Below, in pieces: positions 16,968-25,290 of a stretch of 56,850 nucleotides of DNA. The first letter of the stretch is position 1. Each line of letters starts with the position of its first letter. The stretch covers positions 1 to 56,850 of IMG/VR virus record IMGVR_UViG_3300020156_000033, one strand, 5' to 3'. A program made the translations under genes and the position numbers. Under the pieces are notes generated by a model. That model was given only the letters and a program-made list of their open reading frames with translations. It searched no databases and was not told the origin of the DNA. The stretch comes from a virus. Its lineage: Duplodnaviria > Caudoviricetes.

Positions 16968-17756
16968 ATGGGCACAGGCCGAGCCGGGGCCACGCAGGGG
17001 GGCTACCGGGTCCGCAAGGACGGATCGGTGGCGTTCACGTACACGGAGCTGCACCTCGGCGAGGCACTGACCCACGCCATCTACTGCTTCGAGAAGGGCG
17101 CGCGCATGAACCGCGCCACCTGGCAGCGGGAGGCGCGCAAGCTGGCCGAGTGGGGGGTGTTCTCCCAGGCCAACATCGCCGCCGTCTTCGGCGTCTCCGC
17201 CACCCGCATCCGCCAGTTGGGCATCACCACCCTCAACGGCGCCAAGATGATGCGGGGCCGCTTCTCCCCCAAGTCCCTGCGGTTCCTCGCCCTGTCGATG
17301 CGCGAGAAGCTGACCAAGGGCAAGCACAACCCCCTGTGGGTGCTGGAGGCCGAGATCCGAGGGACGTCGCAGACGGTCATCGCGCGTCTCCTCGGCCTCT
17401 CCTCCAGCACCATCAGCCGCTTGGTACGGGAAGGAAACCTCATCCATGAGCGTCATGCTCTTCGATACCTCGAAGATAACGCCGATGACGAAGGACGTCC
17501 TGAGGAGAGCGTGGGAACTGAGCACGCCGGAAGCGACGCCGCTGGCGTTCACGCCGGAAGTGCCCCGGGCCCTGAAGCACCTCGAACAGGGCAGCCCGCT
17601 GGTCACGCTGGGCACGTTTACCGAGGTCCCGGGGATCGCCACCCTGTCGCAGCCGCAGATCCGCAGCCGCGCGGACGCGCTGACCATGCTGACGTCGGCG
17701 TTCCGCCTGGCCTGGCAGCAGGAGACGGGCCGCCTGCGTCCGCACCCGACGGGTGA
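16968..17756 (+). CDS. Double helix-turn-helix DNA-binding protein (3' end overlaps polymerase gene)
   Basis: RBS GGAGGTAGGGC; SQANIAAVFGVS and SQTVIARLLGLSSSTISR. Confidence 0.72.
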   Translation: MGTGRAGATQGGYRVRKDGSVAFTYTELHLGEALTHAIYCFEKGARMNRATWQREARKLAEWGVFSQANIAAVFGVSATRIRQLGITTLNGAKMMRGRFSPKSLRFLALSMREKLTKGKHNPLWVLEAEIRGTSQTVIARLLGLSSSTISRLVREGNLIHERHALRYLEDNADDEGRPEESVGTEHAGSDAAGVHAGSAPGPEAPRTGQPAGHAGHVYRGPGDRHPVAAADPQPRGRADHADVGVPPGLAAGDGPPASAPDG

Positions 17757-19611
17757 GCACCGTGTGCTGACCGGCCCCCAGGCCACCGCCTGGGTGGCCG
17801 AGCGGCGGAACCGGCCGGTCGTCGTGGACATCGAGACCCACGGCGACATCAGCCGCCTCCACCACAGTGAGCGCCTGCTGCTGTGCGTCGGCCTGTGCGA
17901 CGGCACCGAGACCGTGGTCGTGGACGGCGAGGAACTGGGAGACGGCCGGGACTACGCCCGCTTCCTGCACGAGTTGTCGCACCTGAAGCTCATCGCCCAC
18001 AACGGCAAGTTCGACCTGCCGGTGCTGGCGCAGGGTGCCGACGAAGGCACGGATCTGAAGCTGCACCACGACACCCTGCTCATGCACTATGCCCTGTTCC
18101 CCGCCGCCGGTGAGCACGGTCTGAAGCCCCTGTGCAAGCACCGCTTCGGGGCGCCCGACTGGGACAACCACGGCCACGACATGCGGGACCTGGGTTCGAT
18201 GGACCGCGCCGCCCTGCGGCTGTACAACGCCTTCGACGTCCAGTGGACGTGGCGCCTGTTCGAGCACCTGGTCCCCATGGTCGAGTCGCACGAGCACAAG
18301 GACCGCCTCTACCGGGGTGTGCTGATCCGGGCGAGCAACGCCCTCCAGCAGATCGAGCCCCGGGGGATCGGCTACGACCGCGACTACGCCGAGCGGCTGT
18401 ACACCGACCTGGGTGTGCTCGCCGACAGGCAGCGGGCCGATCTGGTGGCCGAAGCACACGCCTTGTCCCCCGGGGTCGCGTGGCCCTGGGCCAAGGAGGG
18501 CGGCAGGCTGGCCCGCGACGCCGACGGCGAGAAGTACCGGGAGTTCAACCCGGGCAGCCCGAAGCAGATCAAGGACCTCTACGCGGCGCAGGGCGTCAAG
18601 CTGGACAAGACCGACGAGTACGTGATGAGCAGGCGCGCGGAGAAGGGCGACGCCTTCGCCGAGAAGCTGCTCGCCTGGCGGGGCACGACCAAGCTGCGGT
18701 CCACCTACGTGGTCAGCCTCCTGGACAAGGCCAAGGCCCTGCCCGGGATGGAGCGGCCCCGGGTCTACCCCTCCTACCTGATCCACGGCACGAGCACGGG
18801 TCGGTTGTCCAGCTCCCACCCCAACATCCAGAACATCCCGCGCACCAAGCAGGACGGGACGCCGTCGATCCGGCGGATGTTCGTGCCGACGTCCGCCGAC
18901 CGCCTGCTCGTGCAGGTGGACTACTCCCAGGCCGAGCTGCGGGTCATGGCGGTGCTGGCCGGTGACCCCTGGCTGTCGGAGATCTTCTCCAACCCGAAGG
19001 TGGACATCTTCAACCAGATGATGCCCTCGGCCTTCCCCGACGCCGACATCGACGCCTGGGGGCCGGACGAGGCCAAGAACAACCGGGCCAAGCTGAAGGG
19101 CGTCATCTACGGCCTGAGCTTCGGACGGCGGGCACCGGCCATCGCCGACGCTCTGCGGATGCCGGTGGCCGAGGCGCAGCGGATCATCGACAACTACCTC
19201 GCCTCGGCGGCCAAGGTCGCCGAGTGGCGCGAGGAGGTCAGCCGCAAGGCGGTCCACGGCATCCCGCTGGTGAGCCCCTTCGGACGCCACTTCCAGCACG
19301 AGGTCGTCACGCCCCGGGGCAAGGACGACGTGGTCCGCAAGGCCCTGTCGTTCCTGCCGCAGAGCACCGCCAGCGACATCTGCCTGCGGGCCGCCTGCCG
19401 GATCATCGAGGAGCAGGAGGAGTCCGGCGGCGACTGGAACGTGGTGGCCCTGGTCCACGACGCCATCACCGTGGACGTCCCCGCCTACGAGGCCGAGGAC
19501 GCCGCCAAGTACGTGTCCGAGCACATGGTGCGCTCGGCCCGCGACACCTTCCCCGACCTGCCCTTCGCCGTCGAGGCGAAGTACGGGGACGACTGGGCCA
19601 AGACCAGCTAG
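17446..19611 (+). CDS. polA: Family A DNA polymerase with 3'-5' exonuclease
   Basis: DIET, HNGKFD, YNAFD, TGRLSSSHPNIQNIP, DYSQAELRV, KGVIYG, VHDAI. Confidence 0.96.
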   Translation: MSVMLFDTSKITPMTKDVLRRAWELSTPEATPLAFTPEVPRALKHLEQGSPLVTLGTFTEVPGIATLSQPQIRSRADALTMLTSAFRLAWQQETGRLRPHPTGEHRVLTGPQATAWVAERRNRPVVVDIETHGDISRLHHSERLLLCVGLCDGTETVVVDGEELGDGRDYARFLHELSHLKLIAHNGKFDLPVLAQGADEGTDLKLHHDTLLMHYALFPAAGEHGLKPLCKHRFGAPDWDNHGHDMRDLGSMDRAALRLYNAFDVQWTWRLFEHLVPMVESHEHKDRLYRGVLIRASNALQQIEPRGIGYDRDYAERLYTDLGVLADRQRADLVAEAHALSPGVAWPWAKEGGRLARDADGEKYREFNPGSPKQIKDLYAAQGVKLDKTDEYVMSRRAEKGDAFAEKLLAWRGTTKLRSTYVVSLLDKAKALPGMERPRVYPSYLIHGTSTGRLSSSHPNIQNIPRTKQDGTPSIRRMFVPTSADRLLVQVDYSQAELRVMAVLAGDPWLSEIFSNPKVDIFNQMMPSAFPDADIDAWGPDEAKNNRAKLKGVIYGLSFGRRAPAIADALRMPVAEAQRIIDNYLASAAKVAEWREEVSRKAVHGIPLVSPFGRHFQHEVVTPRGKDDVVRKALSFLPQSTASDICLRAACRIIEEQEESGGDWNVVALVHDAITVDVPAYEAEDAAKYVSEHMVRSARDTFPDLPFAVEAKYGDDWAKTS

Positions 19612-19643
19612 CACACACCGACACGGGAAGGAAGCGCACAGCT

Positions 19644-20141
19644 GTGTTCATCATCATCGGGGTGGACCCCGGCAAGACGACGGGGATCGCCCACATCGCC
19701 TTCAACGACTCGGGCTCGCCCTTCCACGTCGATTACGAGGCGGTCCCCTACGAGGACAGCCCCGACGGGGACCACCCGGTGGACGTGGTCCGGGAACTCA
19801 TCGAGACCGCCATCGCCTACGCGGAGATGCCGAGGGTCGCCGTCGTTGCCGAGCAGTTCGTGCTGGAGGAGGGCACCCACGGCGTGGACACCACGGCGCT
19901 GCGGGTCCTCGGCGCGCTGGAGTACCTGCTGCGCCAGTCCCGCTACAGCGGGGTCGAGCTGGTCTACCAGCTGCGCACCGCCAAGCGCCTGGTCAAGGAC
20001 CGCCACCTGAAGTCGCTGGACCTCTACAGCGACTCCCCCCATAGCCGGGACGCCTTGCGCCACATCGCGGCCTACGTGCTGGCCAACCGGCCCGCTTCGC
20101 CGATGGCGAAGTTCTTCGCCCAGGCGTATCCCTCCGACTGA
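19644..20141 (+). CDS. RuvC-like Holliday junction resolvase
   Basis: IIGVDPGKTTGIA, VVAE, HSRDALRH. Confidence 0.8.
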   Translation: MFIIIGVDPGKTTGIAHIAFNDSGSPFHVDYEAVPYEDSPDGDHPVDVVRELIETAIAYAEMPRVAVVAEQFVLEEGTHGVDTTALRVLGALEYLLRQSRYSGVELVYQLRTAKRLVKDRHLKSLDLYSDSPHSRDALRHIAAYVLANRPASPMAKFFAQAYPSD

Positions 20142-20153
20142 GGCGGTGCCATC

Positions 20154-20366
20154 ATGCCCATCAAGAAGGTCGTCGCCCTGTACGGCCTGTTCTGTGAGGA
20201 GTGTTCGGCGGTCCTGTGGCCCGTCGGCGCCGGAACGGCCTCCGAAGCACGCCGACGCGCCCGCGCCCAGGGCTGGCGTGCCCCGCACAACAACCCCAAG
20301 AACCCCACCGTCCTCTGCCCCCGCCATTACCGGAATCGAGACGACCATGTTGAAGGTGATACGTAG
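20154..20366 (+). CDS. Small zinc-finger protein
   Basis: CEEC...ARRRARAQGW...LCPRH. Confidence 0.7.
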   Translation: MPIKKVVALYGLFCEECSAVLWPVGAGTASEARRRARAQGWRAPHNNPKNPTVLCPRHYRNRDDHVEGDT

Positions 20367-20460
20367 GCTTACCGTCAGAGACTGCCCGGCGTGCGGCGGT
20401 TCGGGCATCGGGCCGCACGGCCACTGCTCGCGCTGCCACGGCAGCGGGAAGATCAGCTGA
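20347..20460 (+). CDS. 37-aa DnaJ-type zinc-finger microprotein
   Basis: VRDCPACGGSG...CSRCHGSG. Confidence 0.6.
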   Translation: MLKVIRRLTVRDCPACGGSGIGPHGHCSRCHGSGKIS

Positions 20461-20467
20461 CACGGGT

Positions 20468-20498
20468 GAGGCCCCGGGTGGATGACTCCCGGGGCCTC
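20468..20498. terminator. Terminator between convergent genes
   Basis: 11-bp inverted repeat GAGGCCCCGGG/CCCGGGGCCTC. Confidence 0.65.
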
Positions 20499-20517
20499 TT
20501 CACGCAGAGTACTACAC

Positions 20518-20910
20518 TCAGACCTGATCGTGACGCGTGGTACGCGCCTGGATGTTCTCCGTGTCGATCGCGTTGTCCCGCGTCTTGGCGGCGGTGATCG
20601 CCTCGTCGGTGATGTGCTTGGCCGACTGGGAGTCGGCGGGCACGAGCACACTCACCACGTTGCTGGACTGGGGATCGAGCTTGGCCCCCTCCAGACGGCG
20701 CTGCACGTAGGACGAGAAGGCGCCGAACAGGATGGCGCCGACGACCGTGACCATCTGCTGCACGGTGACGGCGTCGCCGGTGCCGAACAGGTTCAGCAGG
20801 CCCTCCAGTACCGCCACGATCAGGACGGCGATACCGCCGCCGACGGTGTACTGCCCGAGCGAGCGCAGCGAGCGCCGCGTCGCATCGGTCTTGGTGACCT
20901 TGGTGGCCAT
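20518..20910 (-). CDS. Holin-like two-TM membrane protein
   Basis: RBS GAGGAGG, -10 TAGAAT upstream; two hydrophobic helices then SYVQRRLE. Confidence 0.65.
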   Translation of the reverse strand: MATKVTKTDATRRSLRSLGQYTVGGGIAVLIVAVLEGLLNLFGTGDAVTVQQMVTVVGAILFGAFSSYVQRRLEGAKLDPQSSNVVSVLVPADSQSAKHITDEAITAAKTRDNAIDTENIQARTTRHDQV

Positions 20911-20973
20911 CCGTCCTCCTCTGGTAGGAACGATGTGATTCTACGCTGCCACGCACAGGAACCGGAGGCCCCG

Positions 20974-21267
20974 ATGGCCGACCAGTACGCCAAGATGACG
21001 CCGCACAAGCGCCGCGAGATGACCAAGGAGCTGCTGATGGAGCTGCTGGAGCACGAGGAGAGCTTCTACCTCGCCGTCGTCAGCGCCGGTGGCGGCACGC
21101 TGCACATGGCCCGTCAGGAACCGGACCTCTCGGTCTTCCAGGTCACCGACGACAACTTCTTCTACGCCGACACCGACGAGCGCTACTGCTACGCGGGGCT
21201 GACGCCCCTCCAGGCGGTGGTCAAGCTCACCGAGCTGGCGCAGAAGTACCGCTCCACCACCGACTAG
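20974..21267 (+). CDS. Hypothetical protein
   Basis: RBS GGAGG, ATG 20974. Confidence 0.7.
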   Translation: MADQYAKMTPHKRREMTKELLMELLEHEESFYLAVVSAGGGTLHMARQEPDLSVFQVTDDNFFYADTDERYCYAGLTPLQAVVKLTELAQKYRSTTD

Positions 21268-21291
21268 CACACCACCACGGGAAGGACGCAC

Positions 21292-21564
21292 ATGTTCAAC
21301 GGGATCTTCATGCGAGCCGACTTCGAGTTCCTGCCGGGCGAGCTGATCGACGCCCAGATGCGCGACGGCGGACCGGGTGAGCAGGCCAGCGTCCTCGTCC
21401 TGTACTTCAGCGACGAGGCCCACCTCACGGCGTTCCGGGACAAGATGCGCGAGCTGGACAACCAGGGGATCGAGGACTTCGAGTTCCACTGCGACTTCCT
21501 GCACTTCACCCACCGCTTCCACATCGATGAGTGCGGCGTCAGTTCGCAACTCTACGAGGACTAG
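21292..21564 (+). CDS. Hypothetical acidic protein
   Basis: ACGGGAAGG RBS. Confidence 0.75.
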   Translation: MFNGIFMRADFEFLPGELIDAQMRDGGPGEQASVLVLYFSDEAHLTAFRDKMRELDNQGIEDFEFHCDFLHFTHRFHIDECGVSSQLYED

Positions 21565-21572
21565 TACAGCGA

Positions 21573-21603
21573 AGAGCCCGGCCCCTTCGGGGGACCGGGC
21601 TCT
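21573..21603. terminator. Bidirectional terminator where the two arms converge
   Basis: AGAGCCCGG-CCCC-TTCG-GGGG-A-CCGGGCTCT. Confidence 0.75.
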
Positions 21604-21610
21604 CCGTATG

Positions 21611-23767
21611 TCAGCTGACGGTCAGGTAGCTGAAGCACCCCTGCATGTTGCGCACGCCGACCCCGATGTAGCCGCTGGTCAGCTGGCTGTCGGTGGCGGT
21701 GAAAGACGCACCGGTGTCCAACCGGGTGCAGGTGATCTGCGTGGGCGTCACGGCGATCCGGACCCGGATGCCCGCCGTGCCGGTCGTGATCGCGGTGGAC
21801 GCCTGAGAACCGATCGACGTCTTGACGGGCGCGGCGACCGTTCCCGTCACCTTGAACAGCTCGATGGTGCCGTTGGTCCGCTGGAGCAGGTTGTAGCAGT
21901 TCACCGACCTGGTGTCGTCGTTGTAGCCCAAGTCGTCGGACATGCAGAACTGCACCTGCATGGACGACGTCGTGTGCGTGAAGTGCAGGAAGTCCATGGT
22001 CACTTCGATGGTGTACGAAGGACTCCTCGACGCCACCGGCCCCACCTGGCCGACGACCACCGCGCCGTAGTTGCCGCTGGTCCCGTCGTTGTAGCGGTCG
22101 AGCACAACCCCCTGGGCCAGGCCGGTGGTGTGCCCCGACCAGTCCAGCCCCGACAGCGACATGCGCTTCGACGTCGCCGCGTAGGTATCCTGCGTCGATC
22201 CGTCACCGGAGACCAGGAACGTGCCGCTGCTCTGGTTGGCGGTGACGAACCCCAGCTTCGGACCCGTCCCCGTGTAGGTGCGGGTCGCCGTGGTGTAGTA
22301 GCTCAGCGGCTTGGCGTTCTGCGGCAGGTTGAAGATGTTCGCGCTGCTCGCGTTGGCCGCCGACAGGTTGTTGCCGTCGGACTGGACCTCGCCCTTGAGC
22401 ACGACCCGGCCCCCGAGCCTGCGCCACTGGCACGGGTCGGTCGCGGTGAAGCCCGGCAGGGCGTGCAGGTTGACCCACTCGCTCGTCGGGCCTCCGTTGG
22501 GCATCATCTGGCCCCGGTACTGGTCCACGATGTTGCGGCCCATGCCGTTGTCCCAGCTGCCCGAGGCCAGCGCCACCCGTCCGCGCGTCCACCCCGTCGA
22601 GACGTAGGCCGCGTCGTCGCTGATGACCGACACCTGGGGCACGGCGGCGCGCAGCGCGGCCACGTCGGTCCGCGACTGCATGTCCAGGATCGCGCTGCCG
22701 GAGTTGGGCTTGGTGCCGTACACCAGCAGCCGCATCCCCGCCGACACGGCAGCCTGCATCCGCGCCGTGGTGGCGTCCGACCTCATGCCGTAGTAGGCGA
22801 AGCCCTCCGACATGAGCGACGCCGGGCTGGTCGCGCCCGCCGTCTCCAGGTAGCCGCCCGGGATTCCCGCCGCGATCGCCGGAGCGACGCACTCCTTCTG
22901 GAACCCCTGGACGATCACCCTCTCCTGCATGGAGAACTTGGCCACTTCGGCCACGATCGCCTGCCCGAGCGCCGTGCGCTGCGCCGTCGTGCTGGTCCCG
23001 TCGATCTTGGCCTCGATCAGCCAGCACACCGGCGAGGAGGCGTAGCGGCGGAACATGTCTTCCAACGTCGGGATCGGGTACTCGTCCAAGTTGGAGAACC
23101 CGAAGAGCCACGGCTTGACCGTCAGCCCGCGAACGCTGGGCAGGCTCAGCCCCGCGATCGGCACGTCCACGCCCGTTGTCTTGAGGCAGCTCAGATCGTG
23201 CTGGAGGACCAGCGCGCCGTCGGCCGTGAGCTGGACGTCGATCTCCAGGAGCTGGAGCCCCTGGTCCACCGCGTTGTCGAAGGCCAAGTAGCTGTTCTCG
23301 GGCGCGATGTTGCCGCCACCCCGGTGCGGGATGACCTGCGGCCACGTGAGTTCCGAGATCTTCAGGATGTTCGAGGCGGATTCACCGGGAGGGCCCTGCG
23401 GGCCTATCTCACCCTGGATACCCTGCGGCCCCTGATCCCCGGGATCTCCCTTGTCGCCCTTGGGACCGGGTTCCCCCTGCGGTCCCGGGTCCCCCGGATC
23501 GCCCTTGTCCCCCTTCGGCCCCTGGTCGCCCGCAGGACCGGCGGGACCGGGCACCCCCTGGGCTCCCTTCAGGGAGTCGAGCCACTGGTCCAGCGTGCCG
23601 CTGAAGCCCTCCTCGACGGCCAGCTCGTAGGCCGACTCCCCCGGCGGACCCTGTTCACCGCTTCCGCCGCCCCCGCTCGTCGTCGGAAGGGGCGTGTCGG
23701 GCGTGACGGTGACCCAATGGCCGGGCGTGTCTTCCGTGCCCGGGACGAAGTACTGGACGGCGGCCAC
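21611..23767 (-). CDS. Virion fibre: collagen repeats + glycerophosphodiester phosphodiesterase domain + beta-rich C-terminus
   Basis: G-X-Y repeats; HRGG...APENS...EIDVQLTADG...HD...IPTLED. Confidence 0.85.
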   Translation of the reverse strand: MAAVQYFVPGTEDTPGHWVTVTPDTPLPTTSGGGGSGEQGPPGESAYELAVEEGFSGTLDQWLDSLKGAQGVPGPAGPAGDQGPKGDKGDPGDPGPQGEPGPKGDKGDPGDQGPQGIQGEIGPQGPPGESASNILKISELTWPQVIPHRGGGNIAPENSYLAFDNAVDQGLQLLEIDVQLTADGALVLQHDLSCLKTTGVDVPIAGLSLPSVRGLTVKPWLFGFSNLDEYPIPTLEDMFRRYASSPVCWLIEAKIDGTSTTAQRTALGQAIVAEVAKFSMQERVIVQGFQKECVAPAIAAGIPGGYLETAGATSPASLMSEGFAYYGMRSDATTARMQAAVSAGMRLLVYGTKPNSGSAILDMQSRTDVAALRAAVPQVSVISDDAAYVSTGWTRGRVALASGSWDNGMGRNIVDQYRGQMMPNGGPTSEWVNLHALPGFTATDPCQWRRLGGRVVLKGEVQSDGNNLSAANASSANIFNLPQNAKPLSYYTTATRTYTGTGPKLGFVTANQSSGTFLVSGDGSTQDTYAATSKRMSLSGLDWSGHTTGLAQGVVLDRYNDGTSGNYGAVVVGQVGPVASRSPSYTIEVTMDFLHFTHTTSSMQVQFCMSDDLGYNDDTRSVNCYNLLQRTNGTIELFKVTGTVAAPVKTSIGSQASTAITTGTAGIRVRIAVTPTQITCTRLDTGASFTATDSQLTSGYIGVGVRNMQGCFSYLTVS

Positions 23768-24045
23768 TACGCCCCCGCGATGATCCCCGCAGCACGCAGC
23801 GAGGCGAGCAGCGCGTTGAGCTGGGTGACGGCTGAGGCCTCGTCGGTAGCGTCGGCGACGGCGCCCGCCGGGGACAGGGACATGGTGGACGTGGCGCTGT
23901 CCCAGTCGAGCGGGGCCGTGGCGTTGACGTCAGAGGGCTGCATTCCTCCACCTCCAGTGACGGGCAGCGGGTTGTCGGTGGAGACGAGGATCATCCGGCC
24001 CGGATTGTCCGCGTCGCCGGGCTCGAAGTAGTGGATGCCGGACAT
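23767..24045 (-). CDS. Head-fibre-like protein
   Basis: RBS GAGGAGG; C-terminal LNALLASLRAAGII motif. Confidence 0.7.
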   Translation of the reverse strand: MSGIHYFEPGDADNPGRMILVSTDNPLPVTGGGGMQPSDVNATAPLDWDSATSTMSLSPAGAVADATDEASAVTQLNALLASLRAAGIIAGA

Positions 24046-24084
24046 GGTCCTCCTCGTGTCGCACGTGGTCACAGCATAACGAAA

Positions 24085-24107
24085 GCCCCGGCCACAAGGA
24101 CCGGGGC
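24085..24107 (-). terminator. Terminator after endolysin
   Basis: GCCCCGG/CCGGGGC stem, U-rich tail on minus strand. Confidence 0.65.
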
Positions 24108-24120
24108 GGATGCGTTCATT

Positions 24121-25122
24121 CTAGCGCTTGGACTGGAACATGGTGGCCTTGCCGCCCCGCCATTCGTAATCGCCCTCGCCCAGCTGCTGGACGTAGACCC
24201 GCAGGCGCTCGTCCTTCTGGGTCACCTCGGTGATGGGCCGGGCGAACTTGGTGTTGGGGTAGGACCCCGCACGGAACAGCGGGCTGGGCTTGGCGCTGGC
24301 CGCCTTGTCGCCCTTCACCTTGCCGAGCATGACCTCGTAGTTGGGCTCGATCAGGTTGCCGTCGGCGTCCTTGGCGATGACCTCGCCCTCCAGCGTGCCG
24401 AGCACCTTGGTGTCGGCGAAGGCGATGGTCGCGTACTGGTTGTCCTTGGTCACCTTTTTGTCGGTGGCGTTGTCCCAGGTGATGCAGACGGGCTCGCCCT
24501 TCTTCAGCTTCTGGGTCGTGCTGGAGCTGAACCAGACCATGTCGGCCATATCGAGGAAGTCCCCCTCGGTCTCGTCGGTGTCGGGGGCAGCGGCGCCGCC
24601 CTTCAGGTTCCAGGCGGGCGGCTTGGCGAAGGTCCCGTTCCTGACCAGCGCGTACGCCTTGTCACCAGGGCAGGAGGTGGCGATGAAGTCGCGGTGGCCC
24701 TTCACGGTGCTCGCGATGCTGGACTCGGGCTCCATCAGCCACGCGCGGAGCTGGCGGACGGCCTCGATCTGAGCCGACGTGATGGTGTCCGTGGGGCCGG
24801 TGGCCAGGGTGACCGAGTAGTAGGTCGAGTTGCCGCCCGGCTGCGCCGCCTGCTGCTTGAACAGACCGCGCCCCTCCATGACGTAGCCGTGAGCACACGC
24901 CATAAAAGAATATCCAATGTCCGCCCAGCCCCGCGAGGGGCCGGTGTGGAACTTGCGGGTGTTCTGCCAGTACTCGACGCACTCGCCGTGCGCCTCGCCC
25001 GCCAGTCCCTGGTTGACGGAGTCGTAGTGGACGGCGATCCCGCTGCGCGGGTTGGCGTAGGAGGCGGGCGACGCCTTCCAGCCCAGGTCCTTGCGGCTCA
25101 TGTAGAGCTGCGGTTTCGGCAT
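24121..25122 (-). CDS. Endolysin, N-acetylmuramoyl-L-alanine amidase (Amidase_2/PGRP type)
   Basis: IAVHY, RGWADIGYSF, EGRG, GHRDFIATSCPG. Confidence 0.92.
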   Translation of the reverse strand: MPKPQLYMSRKDLGWKASPASYANPRSGIAVHYDSVNQGLAGEAHGECVEYWQNTRKFHTGPSRGWADIGYSFMACAHGYVMEGRGLFKQQAAQPGGNSTYYSVTLATGPTDTITSAQIEAVRQLRAWLMEPESSIASTVKGHRDFIATSCPGDKAYALVRNGTFAKPPAWNLKGGAAAPDTDETEGDFLDMADMVWFSSSTTQKLKKGEPVCITWDNATDKKVTKDNQYATIAFADTKVLGTLEGEVIAKDADGNLIEPNYEVMLGKVKGDKAASAKPSPLFRAGSYPNTKFARPITEVTQKDERLRVYVQQLGEGDYEWRGGKATMFQSKR

Positions 25123-25131
25123 GGTCCTTCC

Positions 25132-25290
25132 CTACTCGCACGCCTCGCACGTGCGGTTCCTCTGGAGGGCGGGGTTCTGGTAGTCGGCGGCCCGGGTGGG
25201 TGGGAACGGCTTGTCCCAGCTGGCGTCGTCGGTGGGCAGCGGTTCCTCGGCGGATGCATCGACCGGTCCGCCGGGGGTGTGCTCAGACAT
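25132..25290 (-). CDS. 52-aa acidic microprotein ending CEACE
   Basis: MSEHTPGG...RTCEACE*; GAGG RBS; fills the gap before the endolysin. Confidence 0.65.
   Translation of the reverse strand: MSEHTPGGPVDASAEEPLPTDDASWDKPFPPTRAADYQNPALQRNRTCEACE

Noticed and set aside
13282-19614. Very long antisense ORFs (1214 aa, 724 aa; likewise 21377-24031, 27444-30896, 31396-34371, 44764-47613)
   Set aside because: Shadow frames of high-GC genes on the opposite strand; no motifs or RBS
24092-24100. Endolysin terminator loop UCCUUGUGG as another antisense seed (matches CACAAGGA before gene 26174)
   Set aside because: Single 8-nt target; cannot be distinguished from chance
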